Assembly: GCA_963700285.1 (NCBI GenBank)
Contig: CAVOXA010000010.1
Span: forward strand, 224,001-288,000
Reading direction: 5' to 3'
Length of the DNA: 64,000 nucleotides
DNA from: an uncultured Chloroflexia bacterium
GTDB taxonomy: Bacteria > Chloroflexota > Anaerolineae > JAAYZQ01
Below, in pieces: positions 1 to 8,046 of this stretch (position 1 is its first letter; every line of letters starts with the position of its first letter). The notes under the pieces are model-generated. The model was given only the letters and a program-made list of their open reading frames with translations, was not told where the DNA came from and made no database searches. Made by a program: the position numbers and the translations under genes.

Positions 1-30
1 CCCCAGGGGAACCTGCTCCAGCAGGTATGG

Positions 31-2967
31 GTGAAGAATAGGGCAGAGATCCTCCTGGGCTTTATCGCGGCCGTCGTCGCCGGTATTCTGGTCGGCGTAT
101 TCTTGCGGCAGATCGCCGAGACGCTGGCCGGCTGGGCCAGCCGCCTTTTTCACTTTCTCTTTGACCGCTTTGCCAGCGCTCCCCTCTTGAGCCTGCGCTA
201 CGAGAAACGCTACCGGGAGACGCTGTCAGCCGCTCTCCAGACCCTGGCCTCGTCCAACATCGTGGACCGGGACGTACGCTTGGACCAGGTCTACGTGCCG
301 GTACAGCTCACGGAAGAGACCCAGCCTGGGGGAAGCACGACCTTCGAGGACCGCTTCCAGTGGGACGAGGACCGCCGCCGCCGGCAGCGCCAGCGTGCCG
401 TCGAGCCCTGGGATGCGGTGCGCCGCTTCCAGCGGCTGGTGGTCCTGGGTGAGCCGGGCGCAGGCAAGACCACTTACCTGCACCACCTGGCCTTCATGTG
501 CGCCCAGCGGAAGCGGCTGCCTGACTACACGCCCATCTTTGTCGAGCTGCGGAACCTGGTGGGTGCTGAGCGACTGGAGGACGCGCTGCCCGCCGAGTTC
601 GCCCGGCGCAGTTTCCCCAACGCCAGGCCGTTCATCGAGCGCCGCCTGGCGGATGGGCGCTGCCTGATCCTGCTGGACGGCCTGGACGAAGTGGAGAGTG
701 AGGCCCACCACCAAGAGGTGGTGTCGCTGGTAAAGGACTTTGCCGACCGGCACGCCCGCGATCCGGAACGCGACAGTGGCCCGCGCAACATCATCGTCGT
801 CTCCTGCCGCACCTACAGCTACGAGCACGGGCCCCAACTCGCCGGCTTTACCCGGACCATGGTCATGGACTTTGACGACCCGGCCATCGAGCGCTTTGCC
901 CACAACTGGTTCCGAGATGGGGACCTGCGCCCCCTGGCCGGCGAACTGCTGGCCGTCCTGGACAGCAACCGGCGCTTCAAGGAGCTGGCCCGCAACCCGC
1001 TGCTGTTGTTGCTCATCGTCTACCACTATGAGCGGGAGCGCAACCTGCCCGACCTGCGCGCCGAACTCTACCGCCACTGTATCCGAACCCGCATCACGCG
1101 CTGGAACGTGATGCGCGGCACACACCGCGGCCGTTTCGGCGAGACCGACAAGTGGCGCATGCTGCGTGATCTGGCCCTGGATCTCTACCGCCGGGAGGAG
1201 CAGGGCCTCATCGACCGGGAGACGCTGTTGGCCTGGCTCGACGTCTTTGCCGCTGGCCTCCGCCTGCCCGAGGGCATGAATCCGGCTGACCTGCTGGACG
1301 AGGTGGTCCGCACCAGCGGCCTTGTCCAGGAACGCGCCATCGAGCGCTATGGCTTTTCGCACCTGACCCTCCAGGAGTATTTTGCCGCCGAGGGGGTGGA
1401 CCGGCTGGGGGCGCAGGCGGGGGCCGCGCTCCTGGGCGAGCGCCTGCCCGACCCCCGCTGGCAGGAGGTGATCCTGCTCTACTGCGGCCTGGCCGACGAC
1501 GCCGCACCGCTGCTGCGGCGCGTCTTGCAGCGGACCGGGGACGATGGCCCCGACGCCTGGCTCCAGGCGGCGCGCTGCCTGGCCGAGGGCGCCCGTGTTA
1601 CCGACGACGAGGTCTGCCGCGAGGCGGCCCGCGGCCTGGTGGGCCTCCTGCGCGAGGTTGAGGCTGGCGATCAGGAAGCGCTCACCGCCGAGGAAAGCGG
1701 CGAGGTCGTCGCCTCCCTGCAGTCCTTTGCCGCCGCCGAGCTGCCCGGCCACGTGTCCACCCTGCTGGAGAGCCAGCAGCCCGGCGACGCCCTGCTGGCC
1801 GCCCGCCTGCTGCCGGAGGGGGCGAACGCCGAGCTGCGGGCTGAGGTCAGCCGCCGCATGGCCGCCCTGGCCAGCGGCGGGGAGACGGTCGAGCGGCGCG
1901 TGGCTTCTGCCGCCCTGGGCTGGATTGCCGGGGCAGACGCCAGCACGGTCGCCATCCTGCGGGCGGGTCTGGCCGACCCTGACCCCGCCGCCCGGGCCGA
2001 GGCCGCCCGCGCCCTGGGCCGCCTCGGGGCCAGCGACGAGCAGACCATCGCCGGCCTGCTGCAGATCTATGCCGGCGACCCGCATGACCCAGCCCGCCAC
2101 GCAGCCCTGGAGGCCCTGCTGGTCTTGGGTCGCGCCGCCGACCTGGGCCTGGTCCCGGTTCCCGCCGGCGAATTCCTAATGGGCAGCACGGAGGACGACC
2201 GTCAGGCCGGCGACAACGAGAAACCCCAACACCGCCTCTACCTGCCCGCCTACTATATCGACCGTACCCCTGTGACCAACGCCCAGTACCAGCGTTTCAT
2301 CGAGGCCGGGGGCTATGCCAGCGCCGCCTACTGGGCCGAGGCCATTGAAGCCAGGCACTGGAAGGACGGGGCCTATGTGGAGCATCAGGCATTCGGTGGT
2401 GAGCCCCGCAGGCAGCCAGTATACTGGGAAGAGCCCAAGTGGAATGCCAACGACCAGCCGGTGGTGGGCGTCTCCTGGTACGAGGCCCTGGCCTACGCCC
2501 GCTGGGCCGGCAAGCGCCTGCCCAGCGAGGCCGAGTGGGAAAAGGCCGCCCGCTGGGACCTCGAGGCCGGCCGCAGCCGGGCCTACCCCTGGGGTGATAC
2601 CTGGGATCCAGATCGTTGCAACACCGAGGAAGCGGGGGCGGGCCAGACGACGCCAGTTGGGCAGTTTTCGCCCCGGGGCGATAGCCCCTGCGACGCGGCC
2701 GATATGGCTGGCAACGTCTGGGAGTGGTGCAGCACCCGTTGGGGCCCTGCCTACCCCTACGATCCCGACGACGGACGCGAGGACCTGGCAGGCGGTGATG
2801 ACATTGGACGCATCGTACGCGGCGGTTCCTGGTATAATGACAAATCTCGGGCGCGTTGCGCCTGCCGCAACGGGGACTACCCGCTCGACTGGGTACAACA
2901 TCAGGGGTTTTCGCTGCTGTTGCGCCACGTCTTCTCCATCCCCCGGTTCTGGATCCTGAGGTTCTGA
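31..2967 (+). CDS. DGR target protein: N-terminal TM helix, NACHT NTPase, HEAT-like repeats, C-terminal FGE-sulfatase (CLec-fold) domain carrying the VR
   Basis: Walker A GEPGAGKT, Walker B LILLDGLDE, NPLLL and FSHLTLQEYFAA NACHT/WHD motifs. FGE motifs FLMGS, RLPSEAEWEKAA, DMAGNVWEW, RGGSW. An extra G in the VR shifts the last codons; the corrected end would be ...YNIRGFRCCCATSSPSPGSGS* at 2959. Confidence 0.9.
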   Translation: MKNRAEILLGFIAAVVAGILVGVFLRQIAETLAGWASRLFHFLFDRFASAPLLSLRYEKRYRETLSAALQTLASSNIVDRDVRLDQVYVPVQLTEETQPGGSTTFEDRFQWDEDRRRRQRQRAVEPWDAVRRFQRLVVLGEPGAGKTTYLHHLAFMCAQRKRLPDYTPIFVELRNLVGAERLEDALPAEFARRSFPNARPFIERRLADGRCLILLDGLDEVESEAHHQEVVSLVKDFADRHARDPERDSGPRNIIVVSCRTYSYEHGPQLAGFTRTMVMDFDDPAIERFAHNWFRDGDLRPLAGELLAVLDSNRRFKELARNPLLLLLIVYHYERERNLPDLRAELYRHCIRTRITRWNVMRGTHRGRFGETDKWRMLRDLALDLYRREEQGLIDRETLLAWLDVFAAGLRLPEGMNPADLLDEVVRTSGLVQERAIERYGFSHLTLQEYFAAEGVDRLGAQAGAALLGERLPDPRWQEVILLYCGLADDAAPLLRRVLQRTGDDGPDAWLQAARCLAEGARVTDDEVCREAARGLVGLLREVEAGDQEALTAEESGEVVASLQSFAAAELPGHVSTLLESQQPGDALLAARLLPEGANAELRAEVSRRMAALASGGETVERRVASAALGWIAGADASTVAILRAGLADPDPAARAEAARALGRLGASDEQTIAGLLQIYAGDPHDPARHAALEALLVLGRAADLGLVPVPAGEFLMGSTEDDRQAGDNEKPQHRLYLPAYYIDRTPVTNAQYQRFIEAGGYASAAYWAEAIEARHWKDGAYVEHQAFGGEPRRQPVYWEEPKWNANDQPVVGVSWYEALAYARWAGKRLPSEAEWEKAARWDLEAGRSRAYPWGDTWDPDRCNTEEAGAGQTTPVGQFSPRGDSPCDAADMAGNVWEWCSTRWGPAYPYDPDDGREDLAGGDDIGRIVRGGSWYNDKSRARCACRNGDYPLDWVQHQGFSLLLRHVFSIPRFWILRF
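2849..2929 (+). repeat. DGR variable region (VR)
   Basis: Aligns to 4578-4657 with 10 substitutions, all opposite TR adenines, plus a 1-nt insertion at 2891-2893. Confidence 0.95.
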
Positions 2968-3004
2968 CGTGCTGGATTCTGATCGCTGGCCTGCTGCGGG
3001 GGGT

Positions 3005-3024
3005 GTGGGGGGCGTGCCCCCCAC
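3005..3024 (+). other. GC-rich hairpin downstream of VR (candidate DGR target-recognition stem-loop)
   Basis: GTGGGGGG-CGTG-CCCCCCAC: 8-bp stem, 4-nt loop. Confidence 0.55.
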
Positions 3025-3039
3025 CCGATCGCCCAGCCG

Positions 3040-3073
3040 AACCTCCCGCAGGTTTCTGAACCTGCGGGAGGTT
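3040..3073. repeat. Palindromic repeat, copy 1 (AACCTCCCGCAGGTT-N4-AACCTGCGGGAGGTT)
   Basis: Perfect 15-bp inverted repeat with a 4-nt loop; recurs at 4143 and 4524, with a variant at 4879. Confidence 0.95.
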
Positions 3074-3083
3074 GGAGATGCCC

Positions 3084-4193
3084 ATGAAGACCTACAAGAA
3101 TCTCTACCCGCGCATCTGCGCCTTTGAAAACCTGGAAATCGCCTTCCGCAAAGCGCGTCGCGGCAAGCGCCACAAGCCCAACGTCGCCGCCTTCGAGTGT
3201 AACCTGGACCTGGAGCTCCTCGATCTGCAGGACGACCTCCTCTCTGGAACCTACAGGCCCGGCGGCTACCGCCACTTTACCATCTATGAAGGCAAGCCGC
3301 GCCGCATCAGCGCCGCCCCTTTCCGCGACCGGGTGGTGCACCACGCTCTGTGCAATGTCATCGAGCCGATCTGGGAAGCCAGGTTCGTCCACGACTCGTA
3401 CGCCTGCCGCGCCGGCAAGGGCACCCACGCGGCCCTGGACCGCTGTACCCACTTTGCCCGGCGCTATCCCTACGTCCTGCAATGCGACGTCGTCCAGTTC
3501 TTTCCCTCGGTGGACCACGCCATCCTGCGTGACCTTCTGGCCCGCCACATCGCCTGCCGTTCCACCCTGAAGCTCATCGACCGGATCCTTGCCAGCGGCA
3601 CCGGCATACACAGCAAGAGCTACGAAATGCAGTGGTTCCCCGGCGACGACCTACTGGCTGCGACACGGCCCCGGGGCCTGCCCATCGGCAACCAGACCTC
3701 CCAGTTCTGGGCCAACGTCTACCTCCACGAACTGGACCGCTTTGTCAAGCAGACCCTGCACTGCCAGCGCCAGAGCCCTGCCTACCTGCGCTACTGCGAC
3801 GATTTCCTGCTCTTTGCCGGCGACAAGCCTACGCTGCACCGCTGGCGCCGAGAGATTGAGGGCTTTATGGCCACGCTACGTCTCAAAATCCATCCCCACA
3901 GGACCGTCGTCTACCCGGTCAAGAACGGCATCCCCTTTCTGGGTTTCAAGATCTATCCTGGTCACCGCCGGCTCAGGCGCTGCAACGGCGTACGCTTCCA
4001 GCGCCGCTTCCGAGCTCTGCTAGACTGCTACGCCACAGGCGAGATCGACCGAGAGCAGCTCGATGCCTCCGTCCGCGGCTGGGTGGCCCACACCTCCCAC
4101 GGCGACACCTGGGGATTGCGGCGCAGCCTACTCTCTCGCCACAACCTCCCGCAGGTTCGGAAACCTGCGGGAGGTTTGGATGGGCCACGATGA
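3084..4193 (+). CDS. DGR reverse transcriptase
   Basis: GLPIGNQTSQFWANVYL (DGR-type SQ motif), YLRYCDDF catalytic motif, PFRDRVVHHAL, FLGF. No endonuclease domain. Start placed at the ATG after GGAG. Confidence 0.95.
   Translation: MKTYKNLYPRICAFENLEIAFRKARRGKRHKPNVAAFECNLDLELLDLQDDLLSGTYRPGGYRHFTIYEGKPRRISAAPFRDRVVHHALCNVIEPIWEARFVHDSYACRAGKGTHAALDRCTHFARRYPYVLQCDVVQFFPSVDHAILRDLLARHIACRSTLKLIDRILASGTGIHSKSYEMQWFPGDDLLAATRPRGLPIGNQTSQFWANVYLHELDRFVKQTLHCQRQSPAYLRYCDDFLLFAGDKPTLHRWRREIEGFMATLRLKIHPHRTVVYPVKNGIPFLGFKIYPGHRRLRRCNGVRFQRRFRALLDCYATGEIDREQLDASVRGWVAHTSHGDTWGLRRSLLSRHNLPQVRKPAGGLDGPR
4143..4176. repeat. Palindromic repeat, copy 2 (inside the RT 3' end)
   Basis: AACCTCCCGCAGGTT-CGGA-AACCTGCGGGAGGTT. 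Confidence 0.95.
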
Positions 4194-4522
4194 AACAATC
4201 ACCCATCTTTGTCAAGCACTACGATCTTATGGCCTGGCTCATTCCTCGCACCCTGGCCTTTCCCAAGAGCCAGCGCGGGGTGCTGGCCCGCCAGGTGCAG
4301 AAGGAGCTATTTCACATCTATGAGATGCTGGTTGACGCGGGCATGGCCAATGATCCTTTGCCCCACCTTGCCGAGGTCGACAAGGGCCTCATCCGGCTGC
4401 GAACCTATCTGCGGCTGTGCCGCGACCTCAAGCTGCTGTCCATCGGCCAATACGAGCACGTTTCGCGCCTTGCAGCCGAGGTGGGAAGACTCTTGGGAGG
4501 TTGGATGCGATCCTGTGGATAG
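4190..4522 (+). CDS. avd: DGR accessory variability determinant Avd (four-helix bundle)
   Basis: 110 aa with PIF..YDL..W, FPK.QR..L and EVGRLLGGW motifs; ATGA overlap with the RT; next to the TR. Confidence 0.9.
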   Translation: MKQSPIFVKHYDLMAWLIPRTLAFPKSQRGVLARQVQKELFHIYEMLVDAGMANDPLPHLAEVDKGLIRLRTYLRLCRDLKLLSIGQYEHVSRLAAEVGRLLGGWMRSCG

Positions 4523-4523
4523 A

Positions 4524-4557
4524 AACCTCCCGCAGGTTTCCGAACCTGCGGGAGGTT
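4524..4557. repeat. Palindromic repeat, copy 3 (between avd and TR)
   Basis: AACCTCCCGCAGGTT-TCCG-AACCTGCGGGAGGTT. Confidence 0.95.
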
Positions 4558-4577
4558 CACCTTGGGGCCAGGCCGGA

Positions 4578-4657
4578 GGGCGCGTTGCGCCTACCGCAAC
4601 AGGAACAACCCGAACAACAGGAACAACAACAGGGGTTTTCGCTGCTGTTGCGCCACG
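4578..4657 (+). ncRNA. DGR template region (TR)
   Basis: AAC-rich copy of the VR (8 AAC codons, 21 adenines), outside any credible CDS. Confidence 0.95.
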
Positions 4658-4878
4658 CCTCCACCAGCATGGGTCAGAAACAGCCTCTGGTTCACGGACC
4701 CGGGGCCGGTGCCCGCGGGCTGCAGCTGCTACGCTGCAGTCCGATGGAGAAGACGATGCGGCCTGTCCCTGGCCACCTCCCCACACCCCAGCGGTGTGGG
4801 GGACGGCCGAATAGAGAATAGCCCCGCCTGGCCCAGTAGGCCCGCTCCGACATGCCGGGCGGGGCGCCTCGTCCACCG

Positions 4879-4959
4879 ACCTCCCGCAGGTACGTCCGGC
4901 TGTCCGGAGCCGGACGTACCTACCTGCGGGAGGTTTCCAATTTTGAACCTGCGGGAGGG
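4879..4959. repeat. Palindromic repeat, copy 4 (extended hairpin) plus a half-site
   Basis: ACCTCCCGCAGGTA...TACCTGCGGGAGGT at 4879-4934 with an inner stem; extra AACCTGCGGGAGG at 4946-4958. Confidence 0.85.
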
Positions 4960-5003
4960 TATGGTATACTCAGGCCGCACTGACAAGATGGGAGGGTACA
5001 ACG

Positions 5004-5294
5004 ATGGGCTTGGCTACAATGCGAGACATTTCCCTGCTGTGGCTGATCTTCCTCGGCCTGGTTTCCGTACTACCCTTTGCGGTGCTCTTTTATTTTATGA
5101 TCAGAGGTATGACCCGGCTGCGACAGTTGGCCGTGCAATACCTGCCCATTGCCCAGGAAAAGACCCGGTTCCTCGCCTTCAAGACGGAGGAGATCAGCCA
5201 TAAGGTCGCTGGCCCCATTATCAGCGTAGAGGCCAAAGCTGCGCAGGTGAACGGCATGACGAGAGCAGTCCTTTCTAGGAGGAAGAGTATATGA
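5004..5294 (+). CDS. Small hypothetical membrane protein
   Basis: GGAGG RBS, one TM segment, ATGA overlap with the next gene. Confidence 0.7.
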   Translation: MGLATMRDISLLWLIFLGLVSVLPFAVLFYFMIRGMTRLRQLAVQYLPIAQEKTRFLAFKTEEISHKVAGPIISVEAKAAQVNGMTRAVLSRRKSI

Positions 5295-5509
5295 ATTCCA
5301 AACAGCAAAGTATCCTCGTCGGAGCTATCCTCGGCGCCGCATTGGGCGCACTGGGGGGCTTTCTTTTCGGCCGTGGCCTGGACGAGTCCGGTGAAGAAGA
5401 ATCCCTGGCAGTCGCAGCCAGGTCCGTGCAAGCCAGTGATGCCATCAAGATCATCATCGCCATCATGGGGGTGTTGCGCGGCATTTCTTCCCTGCGCGGA
5501 GCGGGCTAG
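5291..5509 (+). CDS. Small Gly-rich hypothetical membrane protein
   Basis: GAILGAALGALGG TM segment, translationally coupled to the previous gene. Confidence 0.7.
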   Translation: MNSKQQSILVGAILGAALGALGGFLFGRGLDESGEEESLAVAARSVQASDAIKIIIAIMGVLRGISSLRGAG

Positions 5510-5593
5510 GGCATCCGCCACCAGCGACTTTCCTAACCTGGCACCGACCAGTAGCTAAGAATCTGTAGCGCGAGAATGCAAGGAGGCATCGGC

Positions 5594-6433
5594 GTGTACG
5601 AAATCGTGGCCAAAGAGGATCTGGCTCCTGTCACCAAGCTGTTCGAAGTCCGGGCCCCCATCGTAGCCCACAAGGCCCGGGCTGGCCAGTTTGTCATTGT
5701 ACGTATCGATGAGGAGGGTGAGCGGGTTCCGCTGACGATCGCCGACTATGATCGTGAGCGAGGAACCATCACCCTCGTCGTGCAAGAAGTGGGCAAGACA
5801 ACCATGCAAATGGGCGCCATGCAGACCGGCGATCACTTTGCCAGCTTTACCGGGCCTCTGGGGCTGCCCAGCGAGGTCGAAGACTTGGGCACCGTGCTGT
5901 GCGTCGGCGGTGGCGTCGGGATCGCCCCCATTTACCCCATCGCCCGTGACCTCAAAGAAGCTGGCAACACCGTCTTGTCCATCATTGGCGCCCGCAACAA
6001 GGATCTGCTCTTCTGGGAGGACAAGATGCGCGCCGTCAGCGACGAGTTGATCGTCTGCACGGATGACGGATCCTACGGGCGCAAGTCCCTGGTCACCATT
6101 CCCATGAAAGAGATGCTGGATGCAGGCCGGCCCGTCGAGCACATTTGGGCCATCGGCCCGGCCATCATGATGAAGTTCTGCGCCCTCACCACCCAGCCCT
6201 TTGGCGTGCCCACCACGGTCAGCCTGAATTCGATCATGGTTGATGGTACCGGCATGTGCGGCGCCTGCCGTGTAGAGGTTGGCGGCCAGACCCGCTTTGT
6301 GTGTGTCGACGGCCCCGAGTTCGACGGTCACCAGGTCGACTGGGACCAACTTCTGGCCCGACAGCGCATCTACCTGGACCAGGAGAAGCAGGCTGTGGAA
6401 AAGTGGCAGCACGACTGCCAGTGTGGTGGCTAG
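5594..6433 (+). CDS. nfnA: NfnA/SudB-type FAD/NAD-binding [2Fe-2S] subunit of electron-bifurcating transhydrogenase
   Basis: ERVPLTIAD, GGGVGIAP and MVDGTGMCGACRV...VCVDGPEF motifs; AGGAGG RBS before the GTG. Confidence 0.9.
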   Translation: MYEIVAKEDLAPVTKLFEVRAPIVAHKARAGQFVIVRIDEEGERVPLTIADYDRERGTITLVVQEVGKTTMQMGAMQTGDHFASFTGPLGLPSEVEDLGTVLCVGGGVGIAPIYPIARDLKEAGNTVLSIIGARNKDLLFWEDKMRAVSDELIVCTDDGSYGRKSLVTIPMKEMLDAGRPVEHIWAIGPAIMMKFCALTTQPFGVPTTVSLNSIMVDGTGMCGACRVEVGGQTRFVCVDGPEFDGHQVDWDQLLARQRIYLDQEKQAVEKWQHDCQCGG

Positions 6434-6443
6434 CAAGGAGACA

Positions 6444-7913
6444 ATGATGTCAGAGCAGATCAAGGCGATGCCCAAGCACGAGCGGATGAAACTGCCGCGG
6501 CAAGGAATGCCCGTCCAGGAAGCCCAGGTTCGAGCAAAGAACTTTGAGGAGGTGGCCACGGGCTACCCTGAAGAACCAGCCCTGCTGGAAGCGTTTCGCT
6601 GCCTGCAGTGCCAACGACCCAAGTGCGTCCAGGGTTGCCCGGTCGAGGTCGACATCCCAGCTTTTATCGAACGCCTGAAGGAAGGCGACATGCCGGGCGC
6701 GGTGCAGGCCCTCAAGGGCGACAACAACTTGCCGGCCATCTGCGGCCGGGTCTGCCCCCAGGAGACCCAGTGCGAAGCCCTGTGCGTGATGGGCAAAAAA
6801 TACGAACCGGTGGCCATCGGCCGGCTGGAACGGTACGTGGCCGACTGGGACCTGGCCCATCCCGCGCCGCCGCCCCAAGTGCCGCCCCCCAGCGGCAAAA
6901 AGGTGGCCGTCATCGGCTGCGGGCCGGCAGGGTTGACCTGCGCCGGTGATCTGGCACGTTTCGGCCACAAGGTGACCATCTTTGAGTCACTGCATGCTCC
7001 CGGGGGCGTGTTGATCTATGGCATCCCCGAATTCCGCCTGCCCAAACGGGTGGTCCACGCTGAGGTAGATTACGTCCGGAGCCTGGGCGTTGAGGTCCAA
7101 CTGGACACCGTTGTCGGCAAGACCTATACCTTGGATGAACTCCTGGGTGAGCAGGGCTACGACGCGGTCTTTTTGGGCACCGGCGCTGGCTTGCCCATGT
7201 TTATGCACATCCCTGGCGAGAACTATAACGGCGTCTATTCAGCCAACGAGTTCCTGACCCGCGTCAACCTGATGAAAGCCTATCTCTTCCCCGAGTGGGA
7301 CACACCGGCCAAAGTCGGCCGCAAGGTGGCCGTCATCGGGGCCGGCAACGTGGCCATGGACAGCGCGCGCTGCGCCCTACGCCTGGGCGCCGAGGCGGTC
7401 CACATCGTCTACCGGCGCTCGGCCGAAGAGGTTCCCGCCCGTGCCGAAGAGGTTCACCACGCCGAAGAAGAGGGCATCATCTTTGATTTCCTGACCAACC
7501 CGATCGAGATCCATGGCGATGACAAGGGCTGGGTACGCGGCATGCGTTGCATCCGCATGCAACTGGGCGAACCCGACGCCAGCGGACGCCGCCGCCCACT
7601 GCCCATTGAGGGCTCTGAATTCGATATGGACGTGGATATGGTGGTCATGGCCCTCGGCACCCGGCCCAACCCCCTGGTCTTTACCGACGCGGGCGGTCTG
7701 GAGCGTACCCGCTGGGGTACCGTCGTGGCCGACGAGGATTCGGGCAAAACGACCAAGGATCGTGTCTGGGCCGGCGGCGACATTGTCACCGGCGCGGCCA
7801 CGGTCATCTCGGCCATGGGCGCCGGGAAGCGTGCTGCCGCCGACATCGAACGCTTCCTACAGCAGGAAGCCGTACCGGAGGCCGACGCAGAAGCGATGGC
7901 TACCGCAGGCTAG
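6444..7913 (+). CDS. nfnB: NfnB/SudA (GltD-like) NADPH-dependent subunit
   Basis: RCLQC..PKC..GCP, ICGRVCPQE.QCE, GCGPAGL, GAGNVAMD motifs; paired with nfnA. Confidence 0.9.
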   Translation: MMSEQIKAMPKHERMKLPRQGMPVQEAQVRAKNFEEVATGYPEEPALLEAFRCLQCQRPKCVQGCPVEVDIPAFIERLKEGDMPGAVQALKGDNNLPAICGRVCPQETQCEALCVMGKKYEPVAIGRLERYVADWDLAHPAPPPQVPPPSGKKVAVIGCGPAGLTCAGDLARFGHKVTIFESLHAPGGVLIYGIPEFRLPKRVVHAEVDYVRSLGVEVQLDTVVGKTYTLDELLGEQGYDAVFLGTGAGLPMFMHIPGENYNGVYSANEFLTRVNLMKAYLFPEWDTPAKVGRKVAVIGAGNVAMDSARCALRLGAEAVHIVYRRSAEEVPARAEEVHHAEEEGIIFDFLTNPIEIHGDDKGWVRGMRCIRMQLGEPDASGRRRPLPIEGSEFDMDVDMVVMALGTRPNPLVFTDAGGLERTRWGTVVADEDSGKTTKDRVWAGGDIVTGAATVISAMGAGKRAAADIERFLQQEAVPEADAEAMATAG

Positions 7914-7927
7914 CTCCATCCGAACGC

Positions 7928-7961
7928 GCCCCCCTGGTGTCCCGAGCCAGGGGGGCTTTTT
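7928..7961 (+). terminator. Intrinsic terminator
   Basis: GCCCCCCTGG...CCAGGGGGGC followed by TTTTT. Confidence 0.85.
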
Positions 7962-8046
7962 GTTGAATCGCTATGGAGCGGCCAAAGTTTGGTAGACAAG
8001 ATCCACCCGCTCGTTCGGCTGAGGGGGCTGTCCCCCCGCCTTTTAC

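Noticed and set aside
226-2100. Long antisense and alternative-frame ORFs (e.g. 226-2100, 32153-33523, 40167-41219)
   Set aside because: They are shadow ORFs of high-GC coding genes with no recognisable motifs.
3084-4193. RT as a group II intron, retron or CRISPR-associated RT
   Set aside because: It has the SQ motif, an adjacent Avd and a TR/VR pair. There is no maturase/endonuclease extension, intron domain V or cas1.
3040-4557. 34-bp palindromes as a CRISPR array
   Set aside because: They are separated by whole genes (about 350-1070 bp), not 30-40-bp spacers, and there are no cas genes.
4562-5203. 213-aa ORF through the TR (RNRNNPNNRNNN)
   Set aside because: It is the TR read in the VR frame plus palindromic DNA; it has no RBS and overlaps a better gene at 5004.
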